Assembly (NCBI GenBank): GCA_013239625.1
Contig: MU053810.1
Coordinates: 4,186,071-4,250,070, forward strand
Source: Lama guanicoe
Taxonomy: Eukaryota
Direction of reading: 5' to 3'
Length of the DNA stretch: 64,000 nucleotides
Part shown: positions 1 to 13,335 of the stretch, piece by piece
How the letters are laid out: each line of letters starts with the position of its first letter
Position numbering within the stretch: position 1 is the stretch's first letter
The notes under the pieces: model-generated
The model's input: only the letters and a program-made list of their open reading frames with translations
What the model was told of the DNA's origin: nothing
The model's database searches: none
Program-made: the position numbers and the translations under genes

Positions 1-1319
1 GCTAGAGAGGTTGGTTTCTTTATTCTTACATTGTTTCTGATAGATCTGAAGTCAGAGCAAAGATACATACCATGAAAGTAGAAACAGGGATAAGAAAAAA
101 AAAAAAAGAACCAATGATGAGGTTGGTATACAAAACGTATGCTAGGGAATCCTCTACCTTTGGAGATGTGGACCAGAAAATCGGGCTGTGAGCTCACTTG
201 CAGCCAATGCAAAGCTAAAACATCATCAGCGACGTGTCTGATTCACTGTGTCCACAATCTGAAAACAAAGCAGCTCTTCAGGGAAAGTGCAGCTTATCCT
301 GATAATGGGACCCAGATCCTCACTGCAATGATCACAGAGAATTACATAGAAATCCCCTTAAAATATATGTATCTTTTCAAAAATGTTTTCATATGGGCTT
401 TCTGGCTTTCTTGAGCTGTGTTTTAGTGTCAAAGCCATCATGCTCAGGCTTTCCTATTGGTTTCCCTAAGTTCTCTTTCTTTCCATTTTATTCCACTGCT
501 ATATGATTCAATAAGTACAGAATAAATATGCATTCTCTCCCTCCCCACTTTCCATCCTCAATAGAAAGCATGTTGGTAGTAGTTAAATATCTGTGACTGC
601 CTTTGACATAGCCCTTCATCTATTAACTATCTTACTACTTACAAGAACAGTTTTATTTCTCATTTTTCTTTTTCAAAATTTTTAAATGTGGTTTACAGGG
701 TAGCAGAAATATTGTGAAAAGTCATTTGTTTATAAGTAAGTTTTGTGTCACGGGGAAATGTTTCATGATTCAGGATTTGTCCCAAGTTTGTTTTTCCTGT
801 GTTTAATATAATTCTTAAAAATAAAATAAAATAATTCTTTTTGCTTGTTTTGTTATTCATCACAAGCTTATAACAGTTTTTTAAATTGCATTATTTTTTC
901 GTTACTGATAAACCCTTTATCTGGGGTGAAGACTATGTGGGTGTAGAAACATCAAGACTGGTTTGATTTGGAATAAATTTACAGAGATGGAAAGTTCCTA
1001 TTCTATACTTTAAAAAAAAACAAACCAAAATCTGTTTAGAGAAAGATGATTGATAGGTTTTCTCTTTGTTAAAAAGGACATTATTCTTTACAATATTTTC
1101 TTACAGCAATCGCAAGGTTTATACAGATAAGTATTTAATAAATAGTTTTGGAGCATCTTGAGAAGCCTATCAGGAGCCATATAACTCAGAGAGAGAGAGA
1201 GAGATAAAGAGAGAAGAGACGGTAGGAAGGAAAGAAAAGAAAATACAAACTTAATTAAAGACAAAGACCTTCTTCCCTTTAAGAAACTTATTTATTTAGA
1301 ATGTTCACAAAAAATAAGT

Positions 1320-1964
1320 GTTGGTGTTTGATGGTTCCTCAAAAAAAAAGCGAACATAGAATTACCCTGTGACCCCACATTTCCATTCCTAGGTGTATAC
1401 TCCAAGGAACTGAAAACAGATGCTCAGATAAATACATGCACACACGTTCACAGCAGCATTATTCACAGTAGCCAGAAGGTGGAAACAGCCCAGGTGTCTG
1501 GCAGTGGATGCAGGGATACACGGTTGTGGCATTTACATACAATGGAATGTTATTCAGGAAGGAGTGAAGGAGTGATGCATGCTACCACCTGGACAAACCT
1601 CCAGTACATTCTGGTGAGTGAAAGAAGCCAGACCTCAAAGGTTCCATATTGTATGATTTCATCTAAATGAAATATTCAGAATAGGTAAATCCATAGAGAC
1701 CAGATCCAGGTTGGTGGTTGCTAGGGATGGGGGGGAAGGATGAACGGGAAGCAACTGCATCATGGGTGGGAGGTTTAACTTTGGAATGACGGAAGTGTTT
1801 TGCAGCTAGAGTGAACCAGTGGTTGCACAACACTGTGAATGGACCCCATGCCATTGAATCATCCACTTTAAAATGGTTAACTTTAGGGGAGGAGGGTATA
1901 GCTCAGTGGTAGAGTCCATGCTTAGCATGCACAAAGCCATGAGTTCAATCCCCAGTACCTCTGA

Positions 1965-2023
<59 letters not shown>

Positions 2024-2115
2024 ACAAGCAAGCCTAATTACCTTCCCTGACCCAAAAGGCCTGAAAAAAAAAATGGTTAACTTTATGTTATGTGAAGTTC
2101 ACCTCAATAAATTAA
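1320..2115 (+). mobile_element. Old L1 3' fragment (L1MB-like), interrupted by a SINE
   Basis: Typical L1 ORF2-end/3'UTR motifs: 'acatagaattaccctgtgacccc...ttcctaggtgtatactccaaggaactgaaaaca', 'ggtgagtgaaagaagccagac', ending 'gttcacctcaataaa'. Recognised by eye; boundaries approximate. Confidence 0.8.
1886..2069 (+). mobile_element. tRNA-derived SINE (camelid Vic-1-like) with 16-bp TSD
   Basis: A-box 'tagctcagtggtaga', B-box 'gagttcaatccc', (TAAA)n, 'cctaattacc', A tail. TSD AAAATGGTTAACTTTA at 1870-1885 and 2070-2085. Confidence 0.9.
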
Positions 2116-3910
2116 GAAATAGTCATATTATGTGGAAATAAGGAAATATATAATATATAAATATGTAAATGCCAGGTTAAACAGCTGGAAGGTTCAAAAG
2201 CATTTGCCTCTAGGACAGAAGGATGGCGGTTTGTGGAGAGATGGGCCAGTGTCATGGTTTTCTTGTTTTAAAGTTTGCAGTAGTATTTAACCTGCTCACC
2301 TGTGTGTGTCACTTGATAAAATTAATTTAAAAATTAAAAACAGTGTTTACTTGTATTTTGTAACAATGTACAGTAGATAATCATGAAATAGCTAAATCCT
2401 GGTGAAAAACTGAGTAAACTTTAGAATATTGAGGGTGATTTCAAGAAATCTCTTTGTGGAAATGAGTTTTGAGCTGGATTTCAAGGTTAAGCTGACTAGA
2501 TTAATGAAGTGAATTGGGGATGAGGGAGCAACAGAATGCGGTGAGACAGGCAGAGGGGCTGGGCTGAAGTCCCAGGGCATCATGGGAAAGAACTTCCCCA
2601 AGATGCATGTAGAGATAACAGGAATCCAAAAATTGGTTACTTCCTCTCCATTTTGTTTCTCACCTGCTCTAAACACTTCCTTTGCTTTCAATTTTCTATT
2701 TGGTTAAATGAAAAAGATACTGGAATCTCACAGCTGCATCTTGCAACTACTATAAGAATACTCTGCTCTGGGATAGGAAAACTCCTCCTAAATTTTGTAG
2801 GTAAAAATTCAATGTAAGTAGAATAACTTCTTTAAGCCTAGGATTATTTCACCAACATTCACAGATCACCCAAATGGAAATGGCTCATGTTCTCTAAGGG
2901 ATTAAAAAAAAAACTGCATCTAGTTTTTGCTTAGAAAATTAAAATGAAAAAGTATGACTCCTACTGACACCTTTTTAACTTATTGAAGACCCTAAGAATA
3001 TTTTTGGATTCAGGGCATTAATAATAGCTTCTATGCACCCAATTTTGTACAGGCTTTTGTCATCTTTAAGTTCTATTTTCTAGGCCCATTAAAAAATCAT
3101 TTTTAGAAAGAAATATGTGAGAACTTCATAAAACATCTGGGAAATTAGCCAGTTTCCCTAAGAGAATGCCCTTGAAAAGTCAGATGGAACTTCCAGAGTG
3201 ACTCTGGGAATTCCAAATCGCCATCATCCCATCCTGACCACTCTGCCCCTAAAGTGCAACAGCTCAGGAAATTGGAAGGTGGGTTAGAGCTTCCTGTTCC
3301 CAGGATTATTTTAATTAGAGCTGCCACCTTTCACCTGACTGGCTCTGACAAACCCCATGCGTTGCACAGCGTGTGAGTGAAATAATAGGTAAGGAGTTAT
3401 CATCCGCTGGACTCAGGGTTACTGTTATAAATAACATCTTTTATTCCTTTTTTTAAAAAACCTGTGATGAACTGACATTGCCTTCCCCACCGGTGTCCGC
3501 CCCTCCTTTCCACTGCATATAACAGTATAAGTAAGTACATAACCCGTGTTCTTGGTTCCCTAAACCAATTCAACCTAGCAAATGTCATTAAAAAATGTTC
3601 TCTGAGTATGTTTACCTTCAGTATAAATAAGTTGTTAAAAATTTCTGGAAACACGTCTCTTATTTAGGAACCAGGCAATGTGCCTTCTGAGACAGTAAAA
3701 GAAATTAGCATAAACCCACCTGTTCAGAATTTCAAAGAAAGCAACCCTAATGCCTAAAGCACATGCAGTGGGGGTGCTTCTAATACATTTTTGAAATTTT
3801 GCTTTTCCACTAAATCAGGCACAGAAGGTTTCCTGTATTTTACTTTCTTTTATTATTCTTGTTTCTATTCAGTTTTCTTACCTTTTATGCTTTAAAAACA
3901 TCTTGCTGTT

Positions 3911-3955
3911 GCAACCCAAGTGTCCATGAACAGATGAAGGGATAAATAAAATAGG

Positions 3956-3986
<31 letters not shown>

Positions 3987-4370
3987 CAATAGAAATTACT
4001 CACTTTTTAAAAGAAGGGAGTTCTGATACATGCTACAACACGAATAAAGCATGAACCTAGAGGGCACTGTGTTAGGTGAAAGATGCCAGTTACCGAAAAA
4101 GCAAATACTGTATGATTCCACTTATATGAGGTAAAGTAGTCAGATTCATATGGATAGAAGTAGAATGGTGGTTGCCAGGGGCTGGAGGGTAAAAGGAATG
4201 GAGAATTAGTGTTTAATGGGCACTGAGATTCTGAGGGGAAAGGTGAACATTTCTGCAGATGGATGGTGGTCGTGGTTGTACAACCATGTGAAAGTACTTA
4301 ATGCCATGGAACTGTGCACTTAAAAATGGTTAAAATAGTAAATTTTATGTGTATTTTACCACAGTTAAGA
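3911..4370 (+). mobile_element. Old L1 3' fragment
   Basis: 'gcaacccaagtgtccatgaacagatgaagggataaa', 'aaatactgtatgattccacttatatgagg', 'actgtgcacttaaaaatggttaaaatagtaaattttatgt'. Contains a (GT)n run near 3955-3985. Confidence 0.8.
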
Positions 4371-7300
4371 TTATATTTGCATATGTATGTAAATGGGTTT
4401 AACACATTTCCTTGAAGCCTACAAATATCTCTTGGATTAAGGTACCCATTGTCATGCTAAAGAAAAACATCTTGCCAGCATTTTATTAATTATTTTAAAA
4501 CTCAGATAATTCTGGATAAAACTCTTTTCCAAATGTTCTTAAATATAGTCTACTTATAGTCTGGGTTTTCAGGGTGAGCCATCCTTTGGAGTAACAGACC
4601 ATATGTGATGCAATATGCTTTAGCTCTGTTTTCTCGTTAAATCCTCACAAGTATCAGTGAAGAAACTGAGACTCAAAGAAATTACGTACTTTATTCCAAG
4701 TCCCGCAGTACCAGAGCCAGGACTTGAGCTTAGCCTGTGTGATGATAAGCTTTGGACTGACTGCATGTAACAGAATTCCCAGTGGAAACTGGCTTCAAGG
4801 AGATAATATAATTCATACATTCCATTTCCTGATGGGCGGGTTTTGGGTCTTGAATCTTTGGTCTAGCTGTCCTTCTGTTCCTCCCTGAATTCTGCTTTAC
4901 CCAGTGTGTTGGCCCCATTCTCAGACTGGTGGCAAGTGGGGAAAGGAATTCTTGAGTGTCATCAGACGGCCCTTTGTTAGATTTCATCACATTATCTCAT
5001 TGGCCAGGATTGGGCCACATGCCCGTTCTTAGACTGGCCAGCAGAAAATGGTGAACTTAAATTATAATTTGGGGTCAAATGCTATTCAGGAGCCCACCAT
5101 CATGACCACTGTAGCCTGTCTGATTCTCACATCCTGTGCCACTTTCTTAGGGCTTTTGATGTTTTTCAATCTGTTTCTGCACTGAATGGTCCTCTGCTTC
5201 TGTGCTTCCTGTGTGATTACATCTGGCTTATTACAGCTTCTAACCCTTGCTGTCCCTGTAAGTGGCTCCTTCCAATTTCTATTAGTGTGTTCCCAGCAGT
5301 ACACCCATTCCTCCTTGGATTATTTAATTATCCGCTTCTTAGCTACTGTACCCGGGAAGATGAAAAAATATCACCTTATTAGACTTTTATATAAAAATTT
5401 AAAGATAGACTAATACTAATGGCATGTCGGTCTCTCCTAAGGGGAAAAATGCATGAGCTTTGATGCGTGCAACCTGTATCATCACTTTTTGTTGTTCAGA
5501 CTCATTTTTGAACATTTACAGCTTCGCAAGTTTCTTAGTAGTTGAGACTGGCTTATGAGTAACTTCTAACTGAATATTTGAGGTTATACATAAAGACTAT
5601 ATAATACTTCTACATTTCTCAAAGTGATTATGAAATTAGTAGGATTAGAATTCTTAGCATTCTTAAGGTGCTATCCAAGGTGTTTTTCACAGTGGTATTT
5701 GGTTTACCAGTAGTGGAAGTTAAGGTTGAAAGGTGGACAAGTTTGTGGAAGATTTTGATTGCCAGGCTGGATAACCTAGCAGATCCTCCCAAATTTTATC
5801 CCTAAGTATCCCTAAAGGTGGAAGAGAATGAAGGCATAATCCCACAACTTGGGTGGATAGCCCTGAATGGTTCCAAAAAGCCCATTGACATTTATCTGAG
5901 CTTTTGTGCTGCAGCGTAAAAACCCCTGTAAATTTCACATCCCCTGCCATAATATGTGTAATTATTTTAATAGGAATTATGATTTGATTACTTGTCATTG
6001 GGTTAATTGATGCACCAGGAATACACGCCCATGTTTATCTGATAACTTGTGCCTTCAGTCTGTCCCACACCCAGGAGGACTTGCCTATCTGACCGTCACT
6101 GTGTGCACGTGAAGCTCTCCGCGTTCATTCTTCCAGGGCTTGAAGCCATTGGGTCTGGCTCAGTTCTTCACCATGGGAGCCTCCCTATGCCCAATGTTTT
6201 GCACCAGTCCTTCTTCCAAAGTGCTAGTGACCCCACAGGTTCCCTCCCCTCTTCTGCCTTCAAGTGTACTGCTGCTCTTTTCATGGCATCTTTCTTCTCT
6301 TTGAAACTGAATTTGGACTCTTGCTACCTTGCCATCAGCACCCTGGTTCAGCCTGTTCCATGGAGTGAGACCGAAAACTGAAGATTTTCATACACTAGGG
6401 TGACCGATCAGAGTGTTTGTAAAAACTTGCCTGAGAGTGGTCTGTGAGAACAGTTTAAGTGGAGAACCACAGAGTTAGGGACTCCTATGAAAGGCACACA
6501 GAAAGCCATTTTGGCAGGAAGACTGGCACAATTTGATGTTAAAGGTAAATTACAGAAACTGTGAACTAGGTCTTGAATGATGCTTTTTTTCCCCTTCTTG
6601 AGATTAAAGATCATTATGTGGGTGAAATGTTGATTCACGTGACATGTTTAGGTATTTTCCTACGTTTAACTTGATGATTGCAATCGTGTATGGAATCTTT
6701 GAGAAGAAGACATAATTAAACATAACACAGCAAATGAGCTGGTTGCCTCCCTTTCTTCCAAGTAGAGTAAAATCAGAACACTGTGGTTAATGGAATTATT
6801 AATGTCTACTGCTGATTAGAGTGAATTCTTGGTTTGGAACAATAAATGTCATTCTGCTTACATACAGGACTTGTTTATTCATTGAACTTTTGACTTATGG
6901 AAACTAACATTTTACTGTAATAAACACTTGGTTACATCTGTTATGAATTGAACGCAATTGGTTTTTCCAAGAATAGTGTTCCAACTCTAAACCAAAATTA
7001 TAAGCAGCTGTCTGCTAATAGAAATGCACACCATCTCCCCACCTTTGTATCCTGTTGTTTTAAAATGTCTGTACCTCAAAAGTCAAGTTCAAGCTGATGT
7101 AATTTCTCATTTGAAAAATATGCTTTAGGCTTTGGTGTTCTCTCCTTTGCTCACTCAAAAAAAAAAAAAACCCATCTGTGTGGGGAGAAAAAGGATTTTG
7201 CAGATTTTTTTCTTCATGTTGTCCTTTTAGTTGCATTCAAGGAAATATTTCTCTGTTAATTTTATCCATGGCTCCAACTTAATTTAGCTTTCTATCCTTT

Positions 7301-7539
7301 GTAATTATTATGGGGTATTAAATTCACTTTATTTTTTCATGATGCTTACTTTTCTATAGTACCCACCTGGGTTGTTTTCCTAGAACTTTGCGGGAAAGTA
7401 AAACTAATTTGTTTGTAAAAGGTAAGCTTAATTTTTGAGCATTACATTAGTTTGTCATTTTCTTACTAACTTTCTTAAATTATAAGAGAAATATAATTCA
7501 CATGTGAAAATCCTGGCATATAGAGAAAAGTGTCCCTGG

Positions 7540-7890
7540 GGGGTTACCAGGACCTGCCCCCCTCAGCGCATACCTATGTTGGTATCAAATTCTGCAGTTG
7601 CTCAAATCCCTTGTATGAAATGGGTAGTACCATTGGTCCACCATATGCTCGGTTTCACAACCACATATTCAACCAACCAGATCATTGAAATTCGATCTGC
7701 AGATAGGAGGGCTGGCTGTATTTAATTCCATTCCTGGTTTTTAAAAAATACTTTTTTTTCTCCCAATCCAAGGATGGTTCAGTCCATGCATCTGGGACCA
7801 CAGGTGTGCAGGAACCTTGGGTAGGGACGGCTGATGCTAAGTTATGTGCCGATTTTCAACTGCCTGGAGGGCCAGCCCCCAATCCCTGCT
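7540..7890. mobile_element. Degenerate TcMar-Tigger/MER2-like DNA transposon fragments
   Basis: 'caaattctgcagttgctcaaatcccttgtatgaaatgg', 'tattcaaccaacc' and 'ggagggctggctgtat' resemble MER2/Tigger consensus as recalled. Confidence 0.55.
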
Positions 7891-8064
7891 TAGTATGTTC
7901 TTTTATTATATTGCGCTCAGCAAGTAGATATTCTTTAAAAATGTTTTTTGGTTTTTTAAAGTCTGTGTGAATGTGAGCCTGGTTAGAAGGCAATAAGAGA
8001 ATTTTCCATTAAGCTATTATACTCTGCTTTACTTTTCTTGGACAGGAGAAATTTATGGAGAGAC

Positions 8065-8630
8065 AATTGATTACTTAATTCAGCACATATCTACTGAGCA
8101 CCTGCAATGTGCCAGGCACAATTTCAGGCAGTGGGGATGTAGTCGTGAACAAAACAGGAAAAAAAAAAACACTCTCATGGGTTTATAGTCTACTAGGGAG
8201 ACACAGGACGTAAATAAATAAGCAAAGAATTTATACATCAAATGGAGAGATGTGCTCTAGAGAGGAATAAAGTGGGGAAAGCAGACAGAAAGTGTTGGGT
8301 GGGGGTGCATGGGCTGCTTTTAAACTAAGAAGGGGAAGGGGATTCCAGGTGGAAGAAACTGCTAGTCCAATAGCAGTTAGCAGGAGCATGCCTGGTGCGT
8401 ATGAGGAACCATGGCGAATGTGAAGGGGGCTTGAGCTGGTCAATGGGAGGGACCAAGTAGGAGGAAGTGATGTCAGAGTGGCTTGGATACCAGATGCACA
8501 GCACTTCTTGGCTTTGTAATATGGGAATGTAGCAGAGGATTTTGGAGCAGAGGCATGATGAGGATCTTACTTTTTTTTTTTTAAAGCAAGATTACCCTGG
8601 TTGCTGGGTTGAGAATTGATGATAGAGGCC
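8065..8630 (-). mobile_element. L2 fragment
   Basis: 'attcagcacatatctactgagcacctgcaatgtgccaggcac' is the reverse complement of the L2 3' end, followed by L2-like body. Confidence 0.7.
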
Positions 8631-10444
8631 AGAACTGACCTCTCAACTGAGAGTGAAAAATGACTGTTGGGTTTGCCATCATCGTCCTAGAATATCAAGG
8701 CCAGGGTTTGGGAGAGTTGGAAGAGGGTCCAGATAGGGACTCATTTTTGGCCAAGTGTAGAAAGGGCAGTCCCTCTGATACGCCAACCACTGAAGGAAAG
8801 CGGAATGTGCAGAAGCTGCCCCAACCCAGCCCTGCCTCTGCAGAAGTACCAGACGTGATGGGTACTTGGAATAAAAACCAAAATGGTACCACTAACTTGC
8901 AACAGAAGAACACAGAGATTGCCAGAAGTTCAATAAGACTGAGGTTATTTTTATCACCTTTATGGTGTGTGTGAACGTGACCTGAATGGAAAACCTGAGG
9001 AACTAAGGGTACACAACTGAAATGGTCCCCTGGAGGCTCAAGAAGAAGGATGAACTTTGTAAAAATCCATGAGTGTTGGTTGTAGTTCTCACTACCATCT
9101 GTTGGTAATCCCATCGGACATCTCTTTCCACGATTAGCTCAGTTTTATGCTCTCTTGTGCAAATCACCTCTAAGTTGAGCACATGATATGTGCTAGAATC
9201 TGCCTGAGGGAGAACAAGTTCTCTGGCATTTAAATGGAGTTGACCAGTGTTCGTTTTGAAAATTCCCAACAAAAAGGGACATTTTATTAAGACATTCCAC
9301 TGGAGTAAATGGTTAGTTGCTTGAACTATATTTTCAAGATCATACAATTCCATTCACTTTCAGGGAGGAAGGATGTAAAGAATGGAGGTAATTAGGTTAG
9401 TTATACTATAAATCCGTTATCATTATGGAGCTGACACCCTGCTGTGCTGAAAGAAATGACCAGTGCCCACCTCACCAAGACTGCACCCTACACTTTTCTG
9501 TTTTGGAGTCCTTTTATTTGAGGGATATGGCTAATTTATGAGCTAACTAATTTCTCAAAAGCAACCTATTGTTCTGAGCTATCCAGCACCATGAACCTCT
9601 GTTTACAAATTGCATTTGCAAAGACTGGAACTGAAAGCAGAATAGAATAGAAGCAGTAAAATTTGCACCTTCTCATATTTAGACTAGTTTTCTAGAACAA
9701 TTTTTATTGGGCTGGTGTTTGAATGTTTGACTAATAGGATCATGTTTTTATGTGTCCTTTTTAATCTTCAGAAGAAAAACAAATCTCTCTGGGAACACAG
9801 TTGAAGGAGAAATAAAAATTTTTTTTCTGGCTGTGGTCAGGAAAGACCAGGAAAAAAAAAAGTAACATCTGAGGCAAGGCTGGAAGGTTGGATAGTTTTC
9901 TGGTAGAAAAAGAGAAGAAAGCATTCCATGCAGAGAGAAAACATGAGCAAAGTCAAGGCCAAGTTGAATTGCCCAATGTGCTTGGATCTAGGCTGAGTCC
10001 AATGAGAAGATGACTGTCTTGGAATTCAGGACATGAAGAACAGAAGCAGGACTTTGCATTGTCCAAGGTTTCCAGTTAGCAAGTGCATGAGCCACTAGAT
10101 GATTTATGTCCCTGGGGGCAGTATGACTGTCATTTCTTACTGTGGCACTTTCTTGTTGGTTCTGACATGGGTGTTACCCTAGCAGATCCAAACTGGTGTT
10201 GCTTCAATCTGAAGATTGATTTCTGACATTGGGAAGTTTCATTGGTGACCTCTAGAGCCAGCCAAACTGGTTGCTTTCTTGGAGAACACACCAGAATGAG
10301 TGACACTGAGGGGATGCCAGGGGAAGGTGCCAAAGGTGGGGTTTCAAAGGGCAGGCTTTCCTTGATACTGTTAACCCAGAGAGGGCCATCCTCAGAGTCC
10401 ATCATGACTCTCTGTCTCTCTCTGTCTCTGTCTCTGTCTCTCTT

Positions 10445-10797
10445 TCTATATATATGTATGGAATTGCCTCATGTGATTATAGAGGCTGGCAAGTCTAAAA
10501 TCTTCAGGGTAGGCTATCAGGCTAGATACCCAAAAAAGAGCCCATAGTGCAGTTCAAGTCTAAAGGCTATCCACAGGCGGAATTCCTTCTTGCCTGGGGA
10601 AGGTTAGTCTTTGTTCTATTAAGACCTTCAACTGATTAGACGAGGCCCACCCTTGTTATGGAAGGTAATCTGCTTTACTCAAATTTAAATATTGATATTA
10701 TTGGAAAAAAAAAATCCTCACAGAAACATCCAGAATAATGTTTGACTAAATACCTAGGCACCATGGCCCAGCCAATTTGGCACATAAAATTAACTAG
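10445..10797. mobile_element. MLT2-like (ERVL) LTR
   Basis: 'gaattgcctcatgtgattatagaggctggcaagtc', 'ccttcaactgattagacgaggcccaccc', 'cacagaaacatccagaataatgtttgac', 'cacataaaattaac'. Confidence 0.75.
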
Positions 10798-11929
10798 TGC
10801 AGCCTCCAGAGACTGAAGCAGAAGGAGGATTCTCTGTTAGAACTCGGTATCACTTTATCATCTCTTTGCCAACAAAACATCAGGGACTTTCGATTATTTT
10901 TTTCCATGTTGCTGTATCCTCAGTACCAATAGTATTACCAGGCACATAGTAGATGCTCAAGAAGTGCTGTATAAATGAAATGAATAATAGAGTAAATATT
11001 TATTTTCAGTTATTTGGAAACACATCCAACATCCAGTTATTTCCATCCTGGCCCAGAATGCTTGTGCCAACATACTATTTTTGCACTGAGTCATTCATTA
11101 TGTCTGGCTGGAGGTTCTGCACCTTCCCAGACATACATTAGGCATCTTTGGAAATTGATTGTTAAATTTTTCATATTGCTGATTACCACAGAGACATGGA
11201 GAATAGACTTCAGTGCATCATGAGTGAGCATTTACGGATAAGGCTTGTTTTGTAATGAGATCCAGGGCCCAGAAGATGCTGCTGTGTCTGGCACTTGGAT
11301 TCCCCGAGAAGCCCAGTTAATCAAGATTTGCCCATTTGGGACGAATTCCACTGGGCACCTCAAGGCCCATTAACCAGCTCCTCCTCCAGGCTGCACAACC
11401 CTGACATTCTTAGTTCATTCTTAATGAAAGTCCTTCCAAGGTCATTTACCCCTTCTGTGCAGCCCAGCCTGCTCTGTGCTTCCTGACCCAGCCTCTGCCA
11501 CGCCCTTTCACCACAATCTGTGCTCTGTGCCTTACAGAGTTCTCGTTCCCTAGTGAGCAAAGTCCCTTCCTCTGTCCTCTTCAGTGGAAGTTTTCTTTAC
11601 CTCTGGTTCTCTCTGACACCTTCCTCCTCCTCAAGGCTTTCCCATTTCCAGCAGCCTCCTGACCTTGGGTTCTGTGAGAGCAGGAAGCACTTGTGACTTG
11701 TTCACCCAGAATCCTCCCAGCATCAGGTACAGCCCTCACACTAGTAGGTACTTGAGAAACACACCTTGAGTGAATGATTGCACACACACAGAATTTGCTC
11801 ATTTGCCACAGCCTGTGTTGTCAGAGTCAGGAGTTGGGGTTGAGACCCTTTTGTTCCCCTAAGTATCTTACAGATAACCATTCCTCCTCCACTCAGCAGT
11901 GCCTCCCCTTTGAGGGTCATGCTACCCAA

Positions 11930-13335
11930 CTAAAACCCACTACCCCGTCACTGTCAGCAGCTGCCCTCACTTCTAACCCCCTCGTCATGAATGCTTTGCT
12001 TCCTGCACCAGCCTCTCTGCTACTCCAAGCCCGGAGGAACTTCAGTGTCCATGAAGACAATGTGCCCTGCACGCTAGCTTCTTGGTTCCTTGACCTCATC
12101 AATACCAGTAACCCTCACCTCCACATCCCTGCCATCATCCACTCCCTTGACTTAGAATGATGCCACATCTGACATTTTTATGTCCATGGGTATAAATTTC
12201 CAGAAGTGGACCTTCAGAGTTCATGGAAACTTCCTTTATACAAGTATCTCCAATTCCTCAGCTCCTAGATAGGAATCCTGGCACAGTCCAATCAAGCATT
12301 TGTACACCCACAGTCCCTCACTTATCTTCTTTGCCATCTCTCTTTATGTCCTTCCACTGAGGCCTGTTCCAAAATATTGGGGTTCTTTAGCGTTTTGTCT
12401 TCTGCTCTTTTTTCTCTTAACTCTACCCTTTTTACTTGTGCTATCTCTGCCAGCCCTTGGATAATCATTTGCATTAAAGATGTCTTCCAAATTTAGATCC
12501 ACCTCAGACCAGCTTTGAGGTCTAGATAGATAACTCACTGCTATGCACAGGTTAATTGTTTTTAAGGGACTAGCAATGACCTCCAATCCAGCCTGTTATA
12601 AATTAGACATGTTGTTTCCTACCCATATCTCCACATTGGCTTTGTCCCCTGTATCCTTTCATTTTATTTTGTAACCTTCTTCATATGTCTTAATTCTGGT
12701 CTATCCTCTCCAGCTCCACCCGCACAGCCTTCTTCTGGCCATCTCATTTATTGTCTGAGTGATTGCAACCCTTTCTTTAAACAGCTTTCCAGCTGTCTCC
12801 TCCTAACTCCATCTGATTTCAGATCCAAACTGTCATCTTTCTAAAATAAAAATCTCATTTCATTCCCCTGCTTAAAACCCTTCCATTTCTCTGCGTTGCC
12901 CTTAAGAAAAGCCTCAACTTCTTGGCATGGCATACTCAGCCCTTCAGAATCTAACCCAAGATGACCTCTTCTGCTTTGTTTCTGGCCACTCCTTTGTTTC
13001 AGGCTACTCCACCCTGAATTACATTAGGACTTGGCAGTCCTGAGAATGCAAGAACTTTCATTCAAGTCTGTTTCAGTTGCCTGCAAACAGCCTGCCTTGT
13101 GCCCCTCTTTTGGCCACCTCTGCACGAATCTTCTCTGTGCTCTCCCTATCTTGGCCTTAGTGCCTCTCCTTTTTTCACCAGCCTGTCCCTGTACGTGGTG
13201 TTTGCCTGCGTCTGCATTGCTATTCAGAACGCTTCTTGACCACAGGCATTCCAGTCGTGTTCACTGTTCACTTTCCACCTCTGGCCCAGGACAGCATCTG
13301 TTTCACAATGTACTTATTGATTTAATGAATGACTA
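11930..13335 (+). mobile_element. Degenerate L2 fragments
   Basis: Pyrimidine-rich L2-like text ('ttcccctgcttaaaacccttcca', 'cttggcatggcatactcagccctt'), ending 'ttattgatttaatgaatga'. Confidence 0.5.

Noticed and set aside
1886..1962. tRNA genes here and at 59157 and 63041
   Set aside because: They have A/B boxes but are followed by a SINE body, A tail and TSD, so they are SINE heads.
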